From Halobacteriales archaeon (GTDB lineage: Archaea; Halobacteriota; Halobacteria; Halobacteriales; SKNY01), in assembly GCA_007118975.1 (NCBI GenBank), contig SKQO01000036.1, forward strand, positions 28,413 to 92,412: a stretch of 64,000 bases of DNA, in the 5' to 3' direction. Made by a program: the position numbers and the translations under genes. Positions 19,222 to 29,544 of this stretch are shown here, in pieces (the stretch's first letter is position 1; each line of letters opens with the position of its first letter). The notes under the pieces are model-generated. The model made no database searches and had not been told where the DNA came from. It worked only from the letters and a program-made list of their open reading frames with translations.

Positions 19222-20529
19222 ATGGTCACAGACTTATCAGCTGCTGGACCAGCGGATAGCTCATCCGCCGAGGCGGGAGCGGCAGATTCCGCGCTCGCAA
19301 CCGCGCGAACGCAGCTCGAACGGGCTGCCCGGGAAATCGATCTCGACGACGACATCCTCACCCGGTTGCGCCAGCCCGGTCGGATGCACGAGGTCACAAT
19401 ACCGATCGAGATGGACGACGGACACGTGGAGGTGTTCTCGTGCTTTCGCGTGCAACACGACAACGTCAGGGGCCCCTACAAGGGTGGGCTCCGGTACAGC
19501 CCGGACCTGACGAAAGAAGAGAGTGTCGCGCTCGCGATGACAATGAGCTGGAAATCGGCGCTGATGGACCTGCCGTTTGGCGGGGCAAAGGGCGGGGTGC
19601 GCGTGAACCCCAAGGAGTTGAGTCCAGCGGAGCGCGAACGACTGACCCGTCGATTTACCCACGAACTCCGCAACGTTATCGGGCCGATGCGAGATATTCC
19701 GGCGCCGGATATGGGGACAGATCCACAGACGATGGCGTGGATCATGGACGCCTACAGCATGATGACGGATGAAAGCCAACCCGGCGTCGTCACGGGCAAG
19801 CCACGCGCCATCGGCGGTAGTCCCGGCCGCCAGGCGGCACCCGGACGGAGCGCCGCCGTCATCACGAGGGAAGTACTAGCGTACTACGATCGGTCGGTCG
19901 AGGGAACGACTGTGGCAGTCCAGGGATTTGGCAGCGTCGGCGGGCATGCCGCGCGGTTGTTGAACGATTGGGGCGCAACTATCGTCGCCGTGAGCGACGT
20001 CCACGGAGCAATCTACGACCCGAACGGACTTCCCGTGGCGGACATCCCGTTGCATGACGAGGAACCCGAGGCCGTGAAGGGATACGACGATGCCGGCGTG
20101 ACACGAATGAGCAACGACGAACTTCTTACCCTCGACGTAGACGTGCTGATCCCTGCGGCGGTCGGCAACGTTATCACTGAATTCAACGCTGACGACGTCG
20201 CCGCAGACCTCGTCGTCGAGGGAGCTAATGGGCCGACGACCAGCACGGCGGATCTGATCCTCGCCGAACGGGATACTCCGGTGATCCCCGATATCCTCGC
20301 GAACGCGGGCGGCGTGACGGTGAGTTACTTCGAGTGGCTTCAGGATATCAATCGCCGCAGCTGGTCGCTCGAACGCGTGCACAAAGAACTCGAGACGGAA
20401 ATGCAGGCGGCCTGGGCCAACGTGTTGCAAGAGTACGAGGAGCGGGAGGTGACCTGGCGCGAGGCGGCGTACGTGGTCGGGTTATCGCGAGTCGCAGAGG
20501 CCCACGAACAGCGCGGCCTCTGGCCCTGA
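19222..20529 (+). CDS. gdhA: NAD(P)-specific glutamate dehydrogenase
   Basis: [30 protein letters not shown] (catalytic Lys box), GFGSVGG dinucleotide fold, 435 aa. Confidence 0.95.
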   Translation: MVTDLSAAGPADSSSAEAGAADSALATARTQLERAAREIDLDDDILTRLRQPGRMHEVTIPIEMDDGHVEVFSCFRVQHDNVRGPYKGGLRYSPDLTKEESVALAMTMSWKSALMDLPFGGAKGGVRVNPKELSPAERERLTRRFTHELRNVIGPMRDIPAPDMGTDPQTMAWIMDAYSMMTDESQPGVVTGKPRAIGGSPGRQAAPGRSAAVITREVLAYYDRSVEGTTVAVQGFGSVGGHAARLLNDWGATIVAVSDVHGAIYDPNGLPVADIPLHDEEPEAVKGYDDAGVTRMSNDELLTLDVDVLIPAAVGNVITEFNADDVAADLVVEGANGPTTSTADLILAERDTPVIPDILANAGGVTVSYFEWLQDINRRSWSLERVHKELETEMQAAWANVLQEYEEREVTWREAAYVVGLSRVAEAHEQRGLWP

Positions 20530-20655
20530 CTGGCCAACTCCTGTGTTCCGTCGCATCGTTACCGGCTCGTTCGGGAAGATATTGCCTCGTTTGCTGGGCA
20601 TGCGGATCGAGCCTGTAAGAGTTAAGAGCTGGCGCCCGGACATCCGCGAATAACA

Positions 20656-21396
20656 ATGGCGGAGCAACCGACCGCAGACGTGGTAATCGTTGGTGGTGGC
20701 GTGGCGGGGCAAGTCGCGGGCATGTTCGTCGCACGACACGGATTCGACACAGCCATCCTCTCGAGCGGCAGTCCACTCCTTCGACGCAACGCTCACCTCG
20801 AGAACTTTCCCGGGTTCCCAGCCGGGATCAACGCGCGGTTATTACTGAGACTCATGTCCGAACAGGCCGAGCGGGCCGGATGCCGGTTCGTCGACGCTGA
20901 AGTGACGCGCCTCGATTCCGGTGATGAGGGGTTCACGGTTCACACCGCAAGCGGGAGCCGCTGGTCGTCCGAGTACGTCATCGCCGCGACCAAAAACGAA
21001 GTCAGCTACCTCGAGCATCTCGAGGACGTGGAGATCCTCGATCGGGGAAAGCTGTTCGTCGCCACCGACGGGGAGGGGCGGACGGATGTGGAGGGATTGT
21101 ACATCGCGGGGCGGATGGCTCGGAAACCCCACCAGGCGATCGTAGCGGCCGGTCACGGCGCCGAGGTGGCGGTCCGGTTACTCGAGGATGACGAGACACC
21201 CTTCTATCGCGATTGGGTGGCACCCGAACGGTATTTCACGGGACGTGATCGAGAAGTTCCCCCGGGTTGCGAGGAGATCGACCGGGCCGAGCAACGTCGC
21301 CGGGAGCAGGAAGCCATCGAAACCATGGCCCCGTACTTTGAAGAACCGTACCCGGAACCGCCCGAGCAACACCCGAGCGTCGATGAGGATTCATAG
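20656..21396 (+). CDS. FAD-dependent (thioredoxin-reductase-like) oxidoreductase, short form without CxxC
   Basis: DVVIVGGGVAGQVAG FAD motif and GLYIAGRMA..HQAIVAAGHGAEVA C-terminal FAD motif. No redox-active CxxC is seen and it is only 246 aa, so it is not a canonical TrxR. Confidence 0.7.
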   Translation: MAEQPTADVVIVGGGVAGQVAGMFVARHGFDTAILSSGSPLLRRNAHLENFPGFPAGINARLLLRLMSEQAERAGCRFVDAEVTRLDSGDEGFTVHTASGSRWSSEYVIAATKNEVSYLEHLEDVEILDRGKLFVATDGEGRTDVEGLYIAGRMARKPHQAIVAAGHGAEVAVRLLEDDETPFYRDWVAPERYFTGRDREVPPGCEEIDRAEQRRREQEAIETMAPYFEEPYPEPPEQHPSVDEDS

Positions 21397-21450
21397 GACT
21401 AGGACGTCCAGGGCGCAGACCAGCGGCTACCGGTATCGGGTATCCGCCAC

Positions 21451-22101
21451 CTACAGCCGCAGATGGGCCGGTTCGGAGGTCTCGACGAGTTCTAACTGCT
21501 CGAGCAAGCCGAGCCGATCCTCCTCCAACCAAATCTCAACGATCTCGCCGTCCGTAATCCGGTACATCGCCATGCCGGTCCAAGTAGCCTCCAACTGGGT
21601 AGGTTCGACATCTCGATATTCGCCAGTGTGAGTGCCGTTGGCCCGGTAGCGAACGGAAACGAGGTCACCCTCGGCGACCATCGCCTCGGTCGTCCCCCGA
21701 TAGTCCGGAAACGCGGTGAAATGTCGATCGAGGAAGTCCACGATTTCGTCGGCGCCGTGCAAGACGTCGTGAATCCCGTGTTCGACTGCATCCGTGGCGA
21801 GAAGCTCCCTGAGCGTTGCCTCGTCCCGGTCGTTGAAAGCCGCCAGATACGAACGGACAACAGCCTTTGGATCGGCTTGGTCCATGCCGTCACTTAACAC
21901 GATTCCCAGGAATAAAAAGCTACGGTCAGTTTTCGAGACATATGTTCGGACGACGTCGTCCACAGTACGGGTTGATGGCACCACCGGGTTATCGGGTTTA
22001 AACCGTTCGACGAGCACACGGTGTCTAGCAAGCAGGTACGCCACCAGCGCGAGACCAATGGTGAGAAGTACAAGACCGATCCACCGACTCGGGCGGGCCA
22101 T
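21451..22101 (-). CDS. SnoaL-like ester cyclase domain protein with N-terminal transmembrane anchor
   Basis: VVRSYLAAFNDRDEATLRELLATDAVEHG...FPDYRGTTEAMVAEGDLVSVRYRANGTHTGEY...GMAMYRITDGEIVEIWLEED is the ester-cyclase/SnoaL pattern. It is preceded by the hydrophobic helix WIGLVLLTIGLALVAYLL. The start is uncertain (ATG 22101, or the internal MDQADP). Confidence 0.7.
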   Translation of the reverse strand: MARPSRWIGLVLLTIGLALVAYLLARHRVLVERFKPDNPVVPSTRTVDDVVRTYVSKTDRSFLFLGIVLSDGMDQADPKAVVRSYLAAFNDRDEATLRELLATDAVEHGIHDVLHGADEIVDFLDRHFTAFPDYRGTTEAMVAEGDLVSVRYRANGTHTGEYRDVEPTQLEATWTGMAMYRITDGEIVEIWLEEDRLGLLEQLELVETSEPAHLRL

Positions 22102-22312
22102 CCCGGCCGCGGTGGCGTCCCGTTTCACCGCGATCGCGAGTCCCCAGGTATCGAAAGGAACACCAGCACGAATAGCACGAGTAGTTAGTGTTCCGACACG
22201 ACACGAACTGTTTGGCTGGTGAACAAAACAACTGCGAGGGTACGGCAAGCCATGTGAGTCGTTGCTTCATCCCATAGACCAATGCCGGCAGTCAGTATCG
22301 ACAGAACGGTGA

Positions 22313-23218
22313 TTACGTGCCACCGTCAGCTCGGACGGGCCCCCGGTCGGTGGTACCGGTCAGATCCCATTCGGAACCCGTGGCCACGAACAGTGCCTCC
22401 TCGAGGATTTCCAGGATTTCCGGCACGACTCGCATCACGAGCAGCGCGATTCCGATCAACGCGAACACCGCAAGCGTCTGGGAGATGAGGTGATGGGAGA
22501 CGAAAAACGAGGTTCTGGTGCCGGGACCGACGACCCACAGCGTCAACGTCTCCAGTGGTGCATACTCGAACCACCCGAGCGGCGTTGCCAGCCCAACGAA
22601 CACGTTCCGGATCAGGTTGAGCACCCAGATGATCCCGGTGGCAAGGGCGATCCCAATGAGTTTCCGTTTGATCGAAGCTGAGGTCGCGGCGATCAACCCG
22701 CCGAAAATGGCGATACTTCCGATCCCGGTGCAGGCGAGAATAATGTAGGTCGTCGGTCCCTCGAACCCGAAACGGCTCTGGTATCCGTTGAGGCCCTGTT
22801 CGATCCCGGGGCTATGTCCGAGTAGTTCCATCCCGAAGTGCGTTTGCACCGTCACCGTCTCGATCAAAAACCGGTTGATGGGTTCGATGAGCATGGCCGG
22901 GAGATAAATGATCCCCATGACCGCTACCGCCTTCGAGAGCAACAGCAACGATTCACGCCCGCTCGCGAGGAGATACCCTGTATACACGCACAGCGGAACC
23001 GCCACGAGACTGAGCGCACCCTCGAGCGGGCTCCCGAAGTCGAACCAGAAGTAGGGGAACATCGACAACCAGAAGATCCCGAACAGTCCCCACGCCAGTC
23101 CGCCGACTTGCGTGGCAATCGAACGAAACCCCCGCCAGTCGAGGACGATCGCCGCAACAAACACGCCGATGGAGAGCCAGGCGAGCGGATCGGAAAGGGC
23201 GTGTAAGGTGTTCCACAT
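22313..23218 (-). CDS. artA: archaeosortase A (PGF-CTERM-specific)
   Basis: Polytopic membrane protein, 301 aa from MWNTLHALSDPLAWL. It carries the exosortase/archaeosortase signature residues: Cys in YIILACTGIGS, Arg in LNLIRNVF, His in FFVSHHLISQ. Confidence 0.85.
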   Translation of the reverse strand: MWNTLHALSDPLAWLSIGVFVAAIVLDWRGFRSIATQVGGLAWGLFGIFWLSMFPYFWFDFGSPLEGALSLVAVPLCVYTGYLLASGRESLLLLSKAVAVMGIIYLPAMLIEPINRFLIETVTVQTHFGMELLGHSPGIEQGLNGYQSRFGFEGPTTYIILACTGIGSIAIFGGLIAATSASIKRKLIGIALATGIIWVLNLIRNVFVGLATPLGWFEYAPLETLTLWVVGPGTRTSFFVSHHLISQTLAVFALIGIALLVMRVVPEILEILEEALFVATGSEWDLTGTTDRGPVRADGGT

Positions 23219-23359
23219 GGGCGGGAGGGGCAACCGGATCGTTAGCTCCGGCTTACCATGGCGAAACGATAAACCTTCCTCGGTTATGGTGACGTGAGTG
23301 TCATCCGGATGCGAACGTCGCGGGAAACAGCTTTCACCGACGACATGCAAGCCCGTCGC

Positions 23360-24085
23360 ATGATCTCCCTCGATGAAGCCGTGACGGCTCGCCTCGAATC
23401 ACATGGGGCACGGTTTGAGGTACTGATCGATCCCGACGCTGCCTTGGCCATCAAACGAGGCGAGTTCGACGACGACCTCGAGGAGGTGATCGCGGCGGAG
23501 GACGTCTTCGAGGACGCTTCGCGGGGCGACAGGCCGGCCGAAAGCGATCTCGAGGACGCCTTCGGGACGACCGACCCATTGGAAATCATCCCGGAGGTAA
23601 TCAAACGGGGCGAGATCCAAATTACGGCCGAACAGCGCCGGGAGATGCAAGAACAGAAACACAGACAGCTGATCGATCATATCACGCGCAACGCCGTGAA
23701 CCCGCAGATGGACGATGCCCCCCATCCCCCGGATCGGATCGAAAGTGCGCTCGAGGAGGCAGGCTTCCAGGTGGATCCGATGACACCCGTCGAAGAGCAA
23801 GTCGACGAGGCACTGGATCTTCTCCGACCGATCATTCCGATCAGATTCGACGAAATGACCGTGGCCGTTCAGATTCCGCCCGAATCGGCTGGCAGCGCCC
23901 AAGCCCGGGTTCGCCAGTTCGGTAACCTGGAGGAAGAGGAGTGGCAAGGGGACGGCTCTTGGATCGGCGTGTTGACCTTTCCAGCCGGGATGCAAACCGA
24001 GTTTTACGACCTGGTGAACGAACTCACGGGCGGGGAGGCAGAAACCAGAGTGGTCCGCGACGAAGAAGAGATCACGACGAGATAG
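23360..24085 (+). CDS. sdo1: ribosome maturation protein SDO1 (SBDS homologue)
   Basis: MISLDEAVTARLESHGARFEVLIDPDAALAIKRGE... is the typical archaeal SBDS N-terminal (FYSH) domain. 241 aa. Confidence 0.9.
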   Translation: MISLDEAVTARLESHGARFEVLIDPDAALAIKRGEFDDDLEEVIAAEDVFEDASRGDRPAESDLEDAFGTTDPLEIIPEVIKRGEIQITAEQRREMQEQKHRQLIDHITRNAVNPQMDDAPHPPDRIESALEEAGFQVDPMTPVEEQVDEALDLLRPIIPIRFDEMTVAVQIPPESAGSAQARVRQFGNLEEEEWQGDGSWIGVLTFPAGMQTEFYDLVNELTGGEAETRVVRDEEEITTR

Positions 24086-24541
24086 CGCATGATCGAGCAG
24101 GAGATTCAAGGTGGAAGAGCCCCTATCCGCAGTATGAACCGCCGACGAGTAATCGAGGTGAGGACCCGGCGAGGCTGAGATCGTCGGAATCGACATCAGC
24201 GGGCGTCACGAAGAGGCCGGCGAGTACCTCATGGTGGCAGCCGCCGTCGCCGCCACCGTTGGTGCCGCCCGGATCCGGTCCGTCACCGGGATCGGACTGG
24301 ACACCAGTCGACGCGAACCAACCCGTGGGAACACGGTCGCCCTGGTTCGCCGAGCTGTGGACGATTTGCCCGCACCGCCGACAGGTGCCATCGTCGCCGA
24401 ACGCGGCGAATTCTACGAAGAGCCCGCCCAGACCGTCGGGGCCTCGTTCGATACCGAGTTCAAGTACGTCGAGAGCATCGCGGAGCGAGAAACTGTACAG
24501 GCTGCTCACCACGTCGCATATGCCACGCGCAAGCTGTTGTT

Positions 24542-25843
24542 ATGAAAGCCATCGTCGCCAAACGCGTTGACGCCGGGACCGCCGACCTAACAGAAATCGC
24601 GGACCTCGCTCGCGCCGCGGGGTACGACGTCGTCGATCGGGTAGCACAAACCCGGGTAGAGGACGCGACGTACGCCTTCGGGGAGGGGAAGGTCCACGAG
24701 CTTGCAGAACGGGCCGGAGGGACGGATGCGGACAAGATCATCATCGACAACGAACTTGGTCCGTTCCAGACGTACAACATCGGGCTTGAACTACCAGAGG
24801 ACGTCGAGATCCTCGATCGATTTCGCCTGATTCTAGAGATTTTCGGCCAGCGAGCCCACACGCGAAAGGCGCAACTGCAGGTCGAACTGGCCGAGCTTCG
24901 GTACGAGCTCCCACGTGCGTCAGCCAAAACGAGTCTGGCCAAACGTGACGAACACCCCGGGTTCATGGGGCTCGGCGAGTACGACGAGAGCCGCGAGCGC
25001 GACATCAAGGCTCGTATCAGCAGGATCCGGGAGGAACTTGATGCCATCGCCAGGGACGAGGCCGAGTGGCGCGCGAACCGCCGCGAGTCGGGGTTCGATC
25101 TGGTGGCGCTTGCCGGGTACACCAATGCCGGGAAGTCGACCCTCCTCCGACGGCTCGCCGCGGACCTCGATGTTGACGAAAACGTCGGCCTTCATCCCGA
25201 CCTCGACCCGACCGCCCAGTCCCAGGATCGCCTGTTCACCACGCTTGGGACGACGACGCGGCGCGGCGCCATCGACGACCGTGACGTCCTGGTTAGCGAC
25301 ACCGTCGGGTTCATCCGAAACCTCCCCCATTGGCTGGTCGAATCCTTCCAGTCCACACTCGAACAGGTCTATCACGCCGATCTCGTGTTATTGGTGGTGG
25401 ACGCATCTGATCCGATCGACGAGCTTCGAGAGAAGGTCGTAACCTGTCACGACACCTTATACGAGCGGAACCGTGCACCGATCGTGACGGTGCTCAACAA
25501 AACGGATCTCCTCACCGAGGCAGAACTCACCGAGCGGATGGATGCCATCGCTGAGCTCGCACCCCGTCCGGTGCCGATCAGTGCCGAACACGGAAGCGGT
25601 ATCGAGGCGCTCGAACGCCGGATCGTCGAGGAACTGCCGCCGCTTCGGGAGGAACGACTGGTGCTGCCGATGACCGACCAGACGATGAGCATGATCTCGT
25701 GGCTTCACGATAACGCCAACGTGAACGACGTCTCGTACGGGGAGGAACAAGCGATTGTCGACTTTGCCGGTCGCGATGGTATCGTCGAAAAATCACGGGC
25801 AAAAGCCCAACAGCTCGCACAGCCGCCCGTCGATCACGGGTAA
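24542..25843 (+). CDS. hflX: GTPase HflX
   Basis: HflX N-domain (ILEIFGQRAHTRKAQLQVELAELRYELPR). G1 GYTNAGKSTLLRRL, G3 DTVGFI, G4 NKTD. Confidence 0.95.
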   Translation: MKAIVAKRVDAGTADLTEIADLARAAGYDVVDRVAQTRVEDATYAFGEGKVHELAERAGGTDADKIIIDNELGPFQTYNIGLELPEDVEILDRFRLILEIFGQRAHTRKAQLQVELAELRYELPRASAKTSLAKRDEHPGFMGLGEYDESRERDIKARISRIREELDAIARDEAEWRANRRESGFDLVALAGYTNAGKSTLLRRLAADLDVDENVGLHPDLDPTAQSQDRLFTTLGTTTRRGAIDDRDVLVSDTVGFIRNLPHWLVESFQSTLEQVYHADLVLLVVDASDPIDELREKVVTCHDTLYERNRAPIVTVLNKTDLLTEAELTERMDAIAELAPRPVPISAEHGSGIEALERRIVEELPPLREERLVLPMTDQTMSMISWLHDNANVNDVSYGEEQAIVDFAGRDGIVEKSRAKAQQLAQPPVDHG

Positions 25844-25857
25844 CCCATCACAGCGGG

Positions 25858-26007
25858 TCAGGAATCACCTTGCGGGCCACCGGCATCGGGGTCGTACCGA
25901 TTCAGGAGATAGCGAAACAAGAGCAACCCACCGACCCAGAACAAGACCCCAAAGATACCGAATCCGATCCCGATGAGCAACCCCTGGTCGATCCCGGCGA
26001 GCACCAT
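25858..26007 (-). CDS. small hydrophobic protein (49 aa; possibly 56 aa from ATG 26028)
   Basis: MVLAGIDQGLLIGIGFGIFGVLFWVGGLLLFRYLLNRYDPDAGGPQGDS has one or two predicted TM helices. It lies between hflX and nnr and is below the track cutoff. Confidence 0.4.
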   Translation of the reverse strand: MVLAGIDQGLLIGIGFGIFGVLFWVGGLLLFRYLLNRYDPDAGGPQGDS

Positions 26008-26073
26008 GAGATCGCATTGTGGCGGCATTGGGATAAGCCGATCGGGGCGTCGTGGCGCGCGGGGTTGTTCACC

Positions 26074-27507
26074 TTACTCCGGCCATCGTGCCGTCGGGAT
26101 CGCATCGAGCAGGTCGGACGCGACTAGCCCGTCGTTGTTCTCCTGAGCGACGCGATCGCCGGCCGCACCGTTGACGTATGAGCCAATTGCTCCAGCAGTG
26201 ACCGCAGATCGCTGGGCTTGGGTGAAACACGCTGCCACGATACCGGCCAGGACGTCACCTGTTCCGCCGACAGTCATCCCCGGGTTCCCCGTCCGATTCA
26301 CCCGCGTGCGATCACCGTCTGTCACGACATCGTAGCGACCTTTCAGGAGGAGCGTCACCCCCAACTCCGCGGCCAACCGACTCGCCTGCTCCAGCCGATC
26401 CCGCCAGTCATCCGCCCGTTCACCGCCCATGTCGACGAATTCACCCATATGTGGCGTACAGATCAACTCGGCAGCCGTCGTGGTTTCGGGCACCGTAGAT
26501 AAGGCATCCGCATCGACGACGCACCGGCCATCATACGCTTCGAGGAAGGCGCGGACTGCTTCCAGTGTTGCCGGGTCGTTGCCGAGTCCAGGACCGAGCA
26601 CGATGACGTCCATGTCTTCAGCCTCCTCAAGCAGCTCCTGGACGTGCTCGGGTTGCAAACACTCGCCGGACAGGCCACGCACAATCAGATCCGGTCCGTA
26701 CCCCGCGACCGTCCCTGCGACCACTTCTGGGCAGGCAACATAAGAGAGATCCGCACCCGCGCGGAGCGCAGCGGTTGCGGTCAGGGCGGGGGCGCCCGTG
26801 TACGGGCCGCCACCAATGGTGAAAATACGCCCCGCCTGCCCCTTGTGGCTGTCCGGGTCCCGACTCAAGTCCCGGAGATCACCGACTTCAACGAACAGCT
26901 CGGCGGCGGCAGGAATACCGATGTCCGCGACGTGAACGGGGACCTCGAGCTCCGCCAGTCCCGGTTTGGTGTCGTGAAACGTCACGATTTCGTCTGGCTC
27001 GACCGCCGCGCCGGCAGCATCTCCGGTGTCAGCATCGACACCACTGGGTACGTCGACAGAAATGACGTCCGCATCGGCCGCGTTGATGGCCCGTGAAGCG
27101 GTCGCTGCAGGCTCCCGGAGTGCCCCGGTAACCCCGGTCCCGACGACGGCGTCGATCACAAGATCCACGTCAGGAACAGCAACGGAACTAGAATCTCGCC
27201 ATTCATCCGTATCGAATTCCCCTCGTTCGAGCGCCTCCCAGTTCGCCGCCGCGATGTCGGTCGTGATACGATCGGCACTCCCCAGGAGGCGTACGGTGAC
27301 GTCGTAGTCGTCGAGAAACCGCGCCGCCACGAATGCGTCACCGCCGTTGTTCCCACGTCCCGCGACGATGAACACGGTGCCGTCGGCGTGTCGTCGTTTC
27401 ACGCGCCGGGCTACAGCGTTTCCACTCGATTCCATGAGTTGCCGGCGAGGAACGCCGAGTGCCTCGGCGTTGCGGTCGACGGCCGCCATACGAGCGCTCG
27501 AAATCAT
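26074..27507 (-). CDS. nnr: bifunctional NAD(P)H-hydrate epimerase / ADP-dependent NAD(P)H-hydrate dehydratase
   Basis: YjeF-N motif VAGRGNNGGDAFVAARFL, and a C-terminal carbohydrate-kinase part with GGTGDVLAGIVAA. 477 aa. Confidence 0.9.
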   Translation of the reverse strand: MISSARMAAVDRNAEALGVPRRQLMESSGNAVARRVKRRHADGTVFIVAGRGNNGGDAFVAARFLDDYDVTVRLLGSADRITTDIAAANWEALERGEFDTDEWRDSSSVAVPDVDLVIDAVVGTGVTGALREPAATASRAINAADADVISVDVPSGVDADTGDAAGAAVEPDEIVTFHDTKPGLAELEVPVHVADIGIPAAAELFVEVGDLRDLSRDPDSHKGQAGRIFTIGGGPYTGAPALTATAALRAGADLSYVACPEVVAGTVAGYGPDLIVRGLSGECLQPEHVQELLEEAEDMDVIVLGPGLGNDPATLEAVRAFLEAYDGRCVVDADALSTVPETTTAAELICTPHMGEFVDMGGERADDWRDRLEQASRLAAELGVTLLLKGRYDVVTDGDRTRVNRTGNPGMTVGGTGDVLAGIVAACFTQAQRSAVTAGAIGSYVNGAAGDRVAQENNDGLVASDLLDAIPTARWPE

Positions 27508-27657
27508 GGTGAACCGATCGGCCGGAGGCGCCTAAACCTTCGGTCATCCTCGGTGGTCGAACGTTTCTCGACCGGTGACATCCAGGCGTGATTGTTGACA
27601 GCCACCTCCGGGTGATCGGGGCGTAATCCCGCGACATCGTACCGCTGACGTAGGATA

Positions 27658-28195
27658 TTACGGGTGGCAGGTGACCACCTGGTCACGCGGTTGGAATCTG
27701 CGGGACAGGTCGTGGAGGTGGACTACAGACTGTGCCAACCAGCCCGTATGCATATCTTCGTCCAATCTGGATACAGATTCGGAGTTACGTTCTTGGTTGA
27801 GCTCGGGACGGCGGTTTCCCGCCCAGTTCACGTCGATGTTGAGGGCCGTGTCACACGCCTCGTAAGCGTACAAGTCACGTGCAACGCGTTGACTGATCCT
27901 TCGCTCTTCCGCAGCCGCAACACGTCGTGCTCGTCTCCCGCGGGGGGACTGATACGACGTCGATTCCCGCGATTCCCGTCTCGTATGCGAGAGTAGCGGT
28001 GAAACCGTCGAACGCCCACCTGTACAGGTCGAGCGAATTCGCTAGCTGTGCGAAGTTGCGGATGTTCGCTCGCTGTGTGCGTTGGAGTTCCTCGCTGGTG
28101 GAACGGCTGTATCACCACTTATCGTCCGGGTATAAAGGGCCTCCCTGGTGACAGTGGCATATCCGGCCTTGCCATCGACGGTCGACTGTGGCGGA
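27658..28195 (-). mobile_element. tnpB: IS200/IS605-family TnpB (OrfB, RNA-guided nuclease) remnant: 5'-truncated and frameshifted
   Basis: Minus-strand frames read ..ELQRTQRANIRNFAQLANSLDLYRWAFDGFTATLAYETGIAGIDVVSVPPRETSTTCCGCG.. and then, in another frame, ..RVARDLYAYEACDTALNIDVNWAGN.... Together these give the OrfB zinc-ribbon (TS..C..CG ... C..C) followed by the RuvC-III-like N.DVN.A.N motif. Only about the last 180 codons are present and at least one frameshift splits the zinc ribbon. Confidence 0.6.
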
Positions 28196-28275
28196 GTCGT
28201 CAGATTTTTCGTGCCACGAAGGCCGCAGACATTCTCCTTGCATCTTTATAGCCTCCGCTGCAAACCTGCCCGGAT

Positions 28276-29079
28276 ATGGACGTCCGCCGACTGGTCCGTG
28301 GCTCGGTTCCGTGGTCGGATCTAGAGACCATCGGCGACGAAGTCCGTTCCAGATACGAGCTTGGCGTAGTGCGTGTGGAATTTCTGGACGCCGATAACTG
28401 GCTCTCGACGCCGTGTGTGGTAAACGACACCTGGTTTGTGAAAATTATCTCTCCCCAGAATGCGCTGGTGCATGCACTATTCACTGGAGCCAGGAACCTC
28501 GGCGCCTTCGCCAGCAGCGGGGACGGATTCTTCGAACCCCTCGACGGCCCGTTCGAGATGGCCCGACACGAGCTGGCCGCGACGCGTACACTCAAACGTA
28601 TTGGGGTGAACGTCCCTGACCCAGTCGAATCGTTTCAGGTCGATGGGTACGGCGTGCTGGTGCTCGAATACCTCCCAGCGTTCGAGACGCTCGAAGACCA
28701 ATCTGCCGAGGAACTGGCCGACTGGGCACCCCGGCTATTCGAATCGCTCTGGTTGATGCATGATCACCAGCTGGCACACGGCGATCTCCGGGGGGAAAAC
28801 GTCCTGATCCACGACGACGAACTCTTTTTCATCGACGTGACGAGCGTGAGCGAGGACGGTATCGAGAACGCGAGAGCATACGATATCGCCTCTGCCCTGG
28901 CAACGATCGCACCTGCGATCGGCGCTCGTGAAGCGGTGGCCGCGGCACTCGAGTACTATACTATGGACGAGCTACTCGACGCTCGGGAACTGCTCGACTT
29001 TGTCCGGCTTCGACCGGACCACGAGTTCGATGCAACACGCGTAAAGGGGGAGATCGAACGCCGGGCGAGCCGGCGGTAG
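28276..29079 (+). CDS. protein kinase-like (RIO/Kdo/lipopolysaccharide-kinase-type) phosphotransferase
   Basis: Catalytic-loop-like LAHGDLRGENVLI followed by FFIDV (metal-binding Asp). 267 aa, acidic. Confidence 0.65.
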   Translation: MDVRRLVRGSVPWSDLETIGDEVRSRYELGVVRVEFLDADNWLSTPCVVNDTWFVKIISPQNALVHALFTGARNLGAFASSGDGFFEPLDGPFEMARHELAATRTLKRIGVNVPDPVESFQVDGYGVLVLEYLPAFETLEDQSAEELADWAPRLFESLWLMHDHQLAHGDLRGENVLIHDDELFFIDVTSVSEDGIENARAYDIASALATIAPAIGAREAVAAALEYYTMDELLDARELLDFVRLRPDHEFDATRVKGEIERRASRR

Positions 29080-29241
29080 GGGAGCGGCGGGGTGAATCCC
29101 CGGACCGGGCGCCAGTGTTGTGCGACGGTGGCTCGCTAGCCAGGACGAGAAAAGCGTCCCGCACTAGCGTATCGACGCTTACGGCGGGAAGGGGAAAAAC
29201 TTCGCGGTTGAACGGCTGCCGGCTGTCGGACGATCGGTTGC

Positions 29242-29469
29242 TCAGTGGCTACTTCGGACTCGCCACGTGGTCGACTTCGAGCGCCCCCAGCGTTCGATAT
29301 CGATGTCGTCGGCCGTATCCGCGATCCGACCGAGTCGGGCACCGACCTGTTTTGCGGAAAGATCAAGGGCGTCCGCGATCTGTCGGGATCTGAAATACTC
29401 GTGGCCCGACGCGGCGCGCTCCCGTAGATACCGGACGATCCGCTGATCCTGCGCTGAGAGCTCGCACAT
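29242..29469 (-). CDS. small winged-helix DNA-binding protein (75 aa)
   Basis: From the internal ATG: MCELSAQDQRIVRYLRERAASGHEYFRSRQIADALDLSAKQVGARLGRI...IERWGRSKSTTWRV. HTH-like pattern of a recurrent haloarchaeal small family. Confidence 0.6.
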   Translation of the reverse strand: MCELSAQDQRIVRYLRERAASGHEYFRSRQIADALDLSAKQVGARLGRIADTADDIDIERWGRSKSTTWRVRSSH

Positions 29470-29544
29470 CTTGATCGTTAAATACGAGCTGCTCCTATTA
29501 ACTCCTTTCGCGAGCAACCGGTGGGTGCCGGCGGAAAGAAGCGC

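Noticed and set aside
24123-24545. Either of the two antisense ORFs between sdo1 and hflX as an annotated CDS
   Set aside because: The evidence is contradictory (start codon and coupling favour the plus ORF, composition favours the minus ORF) and neither has a recognisable domain. It is reported as an open question rather than a feature.
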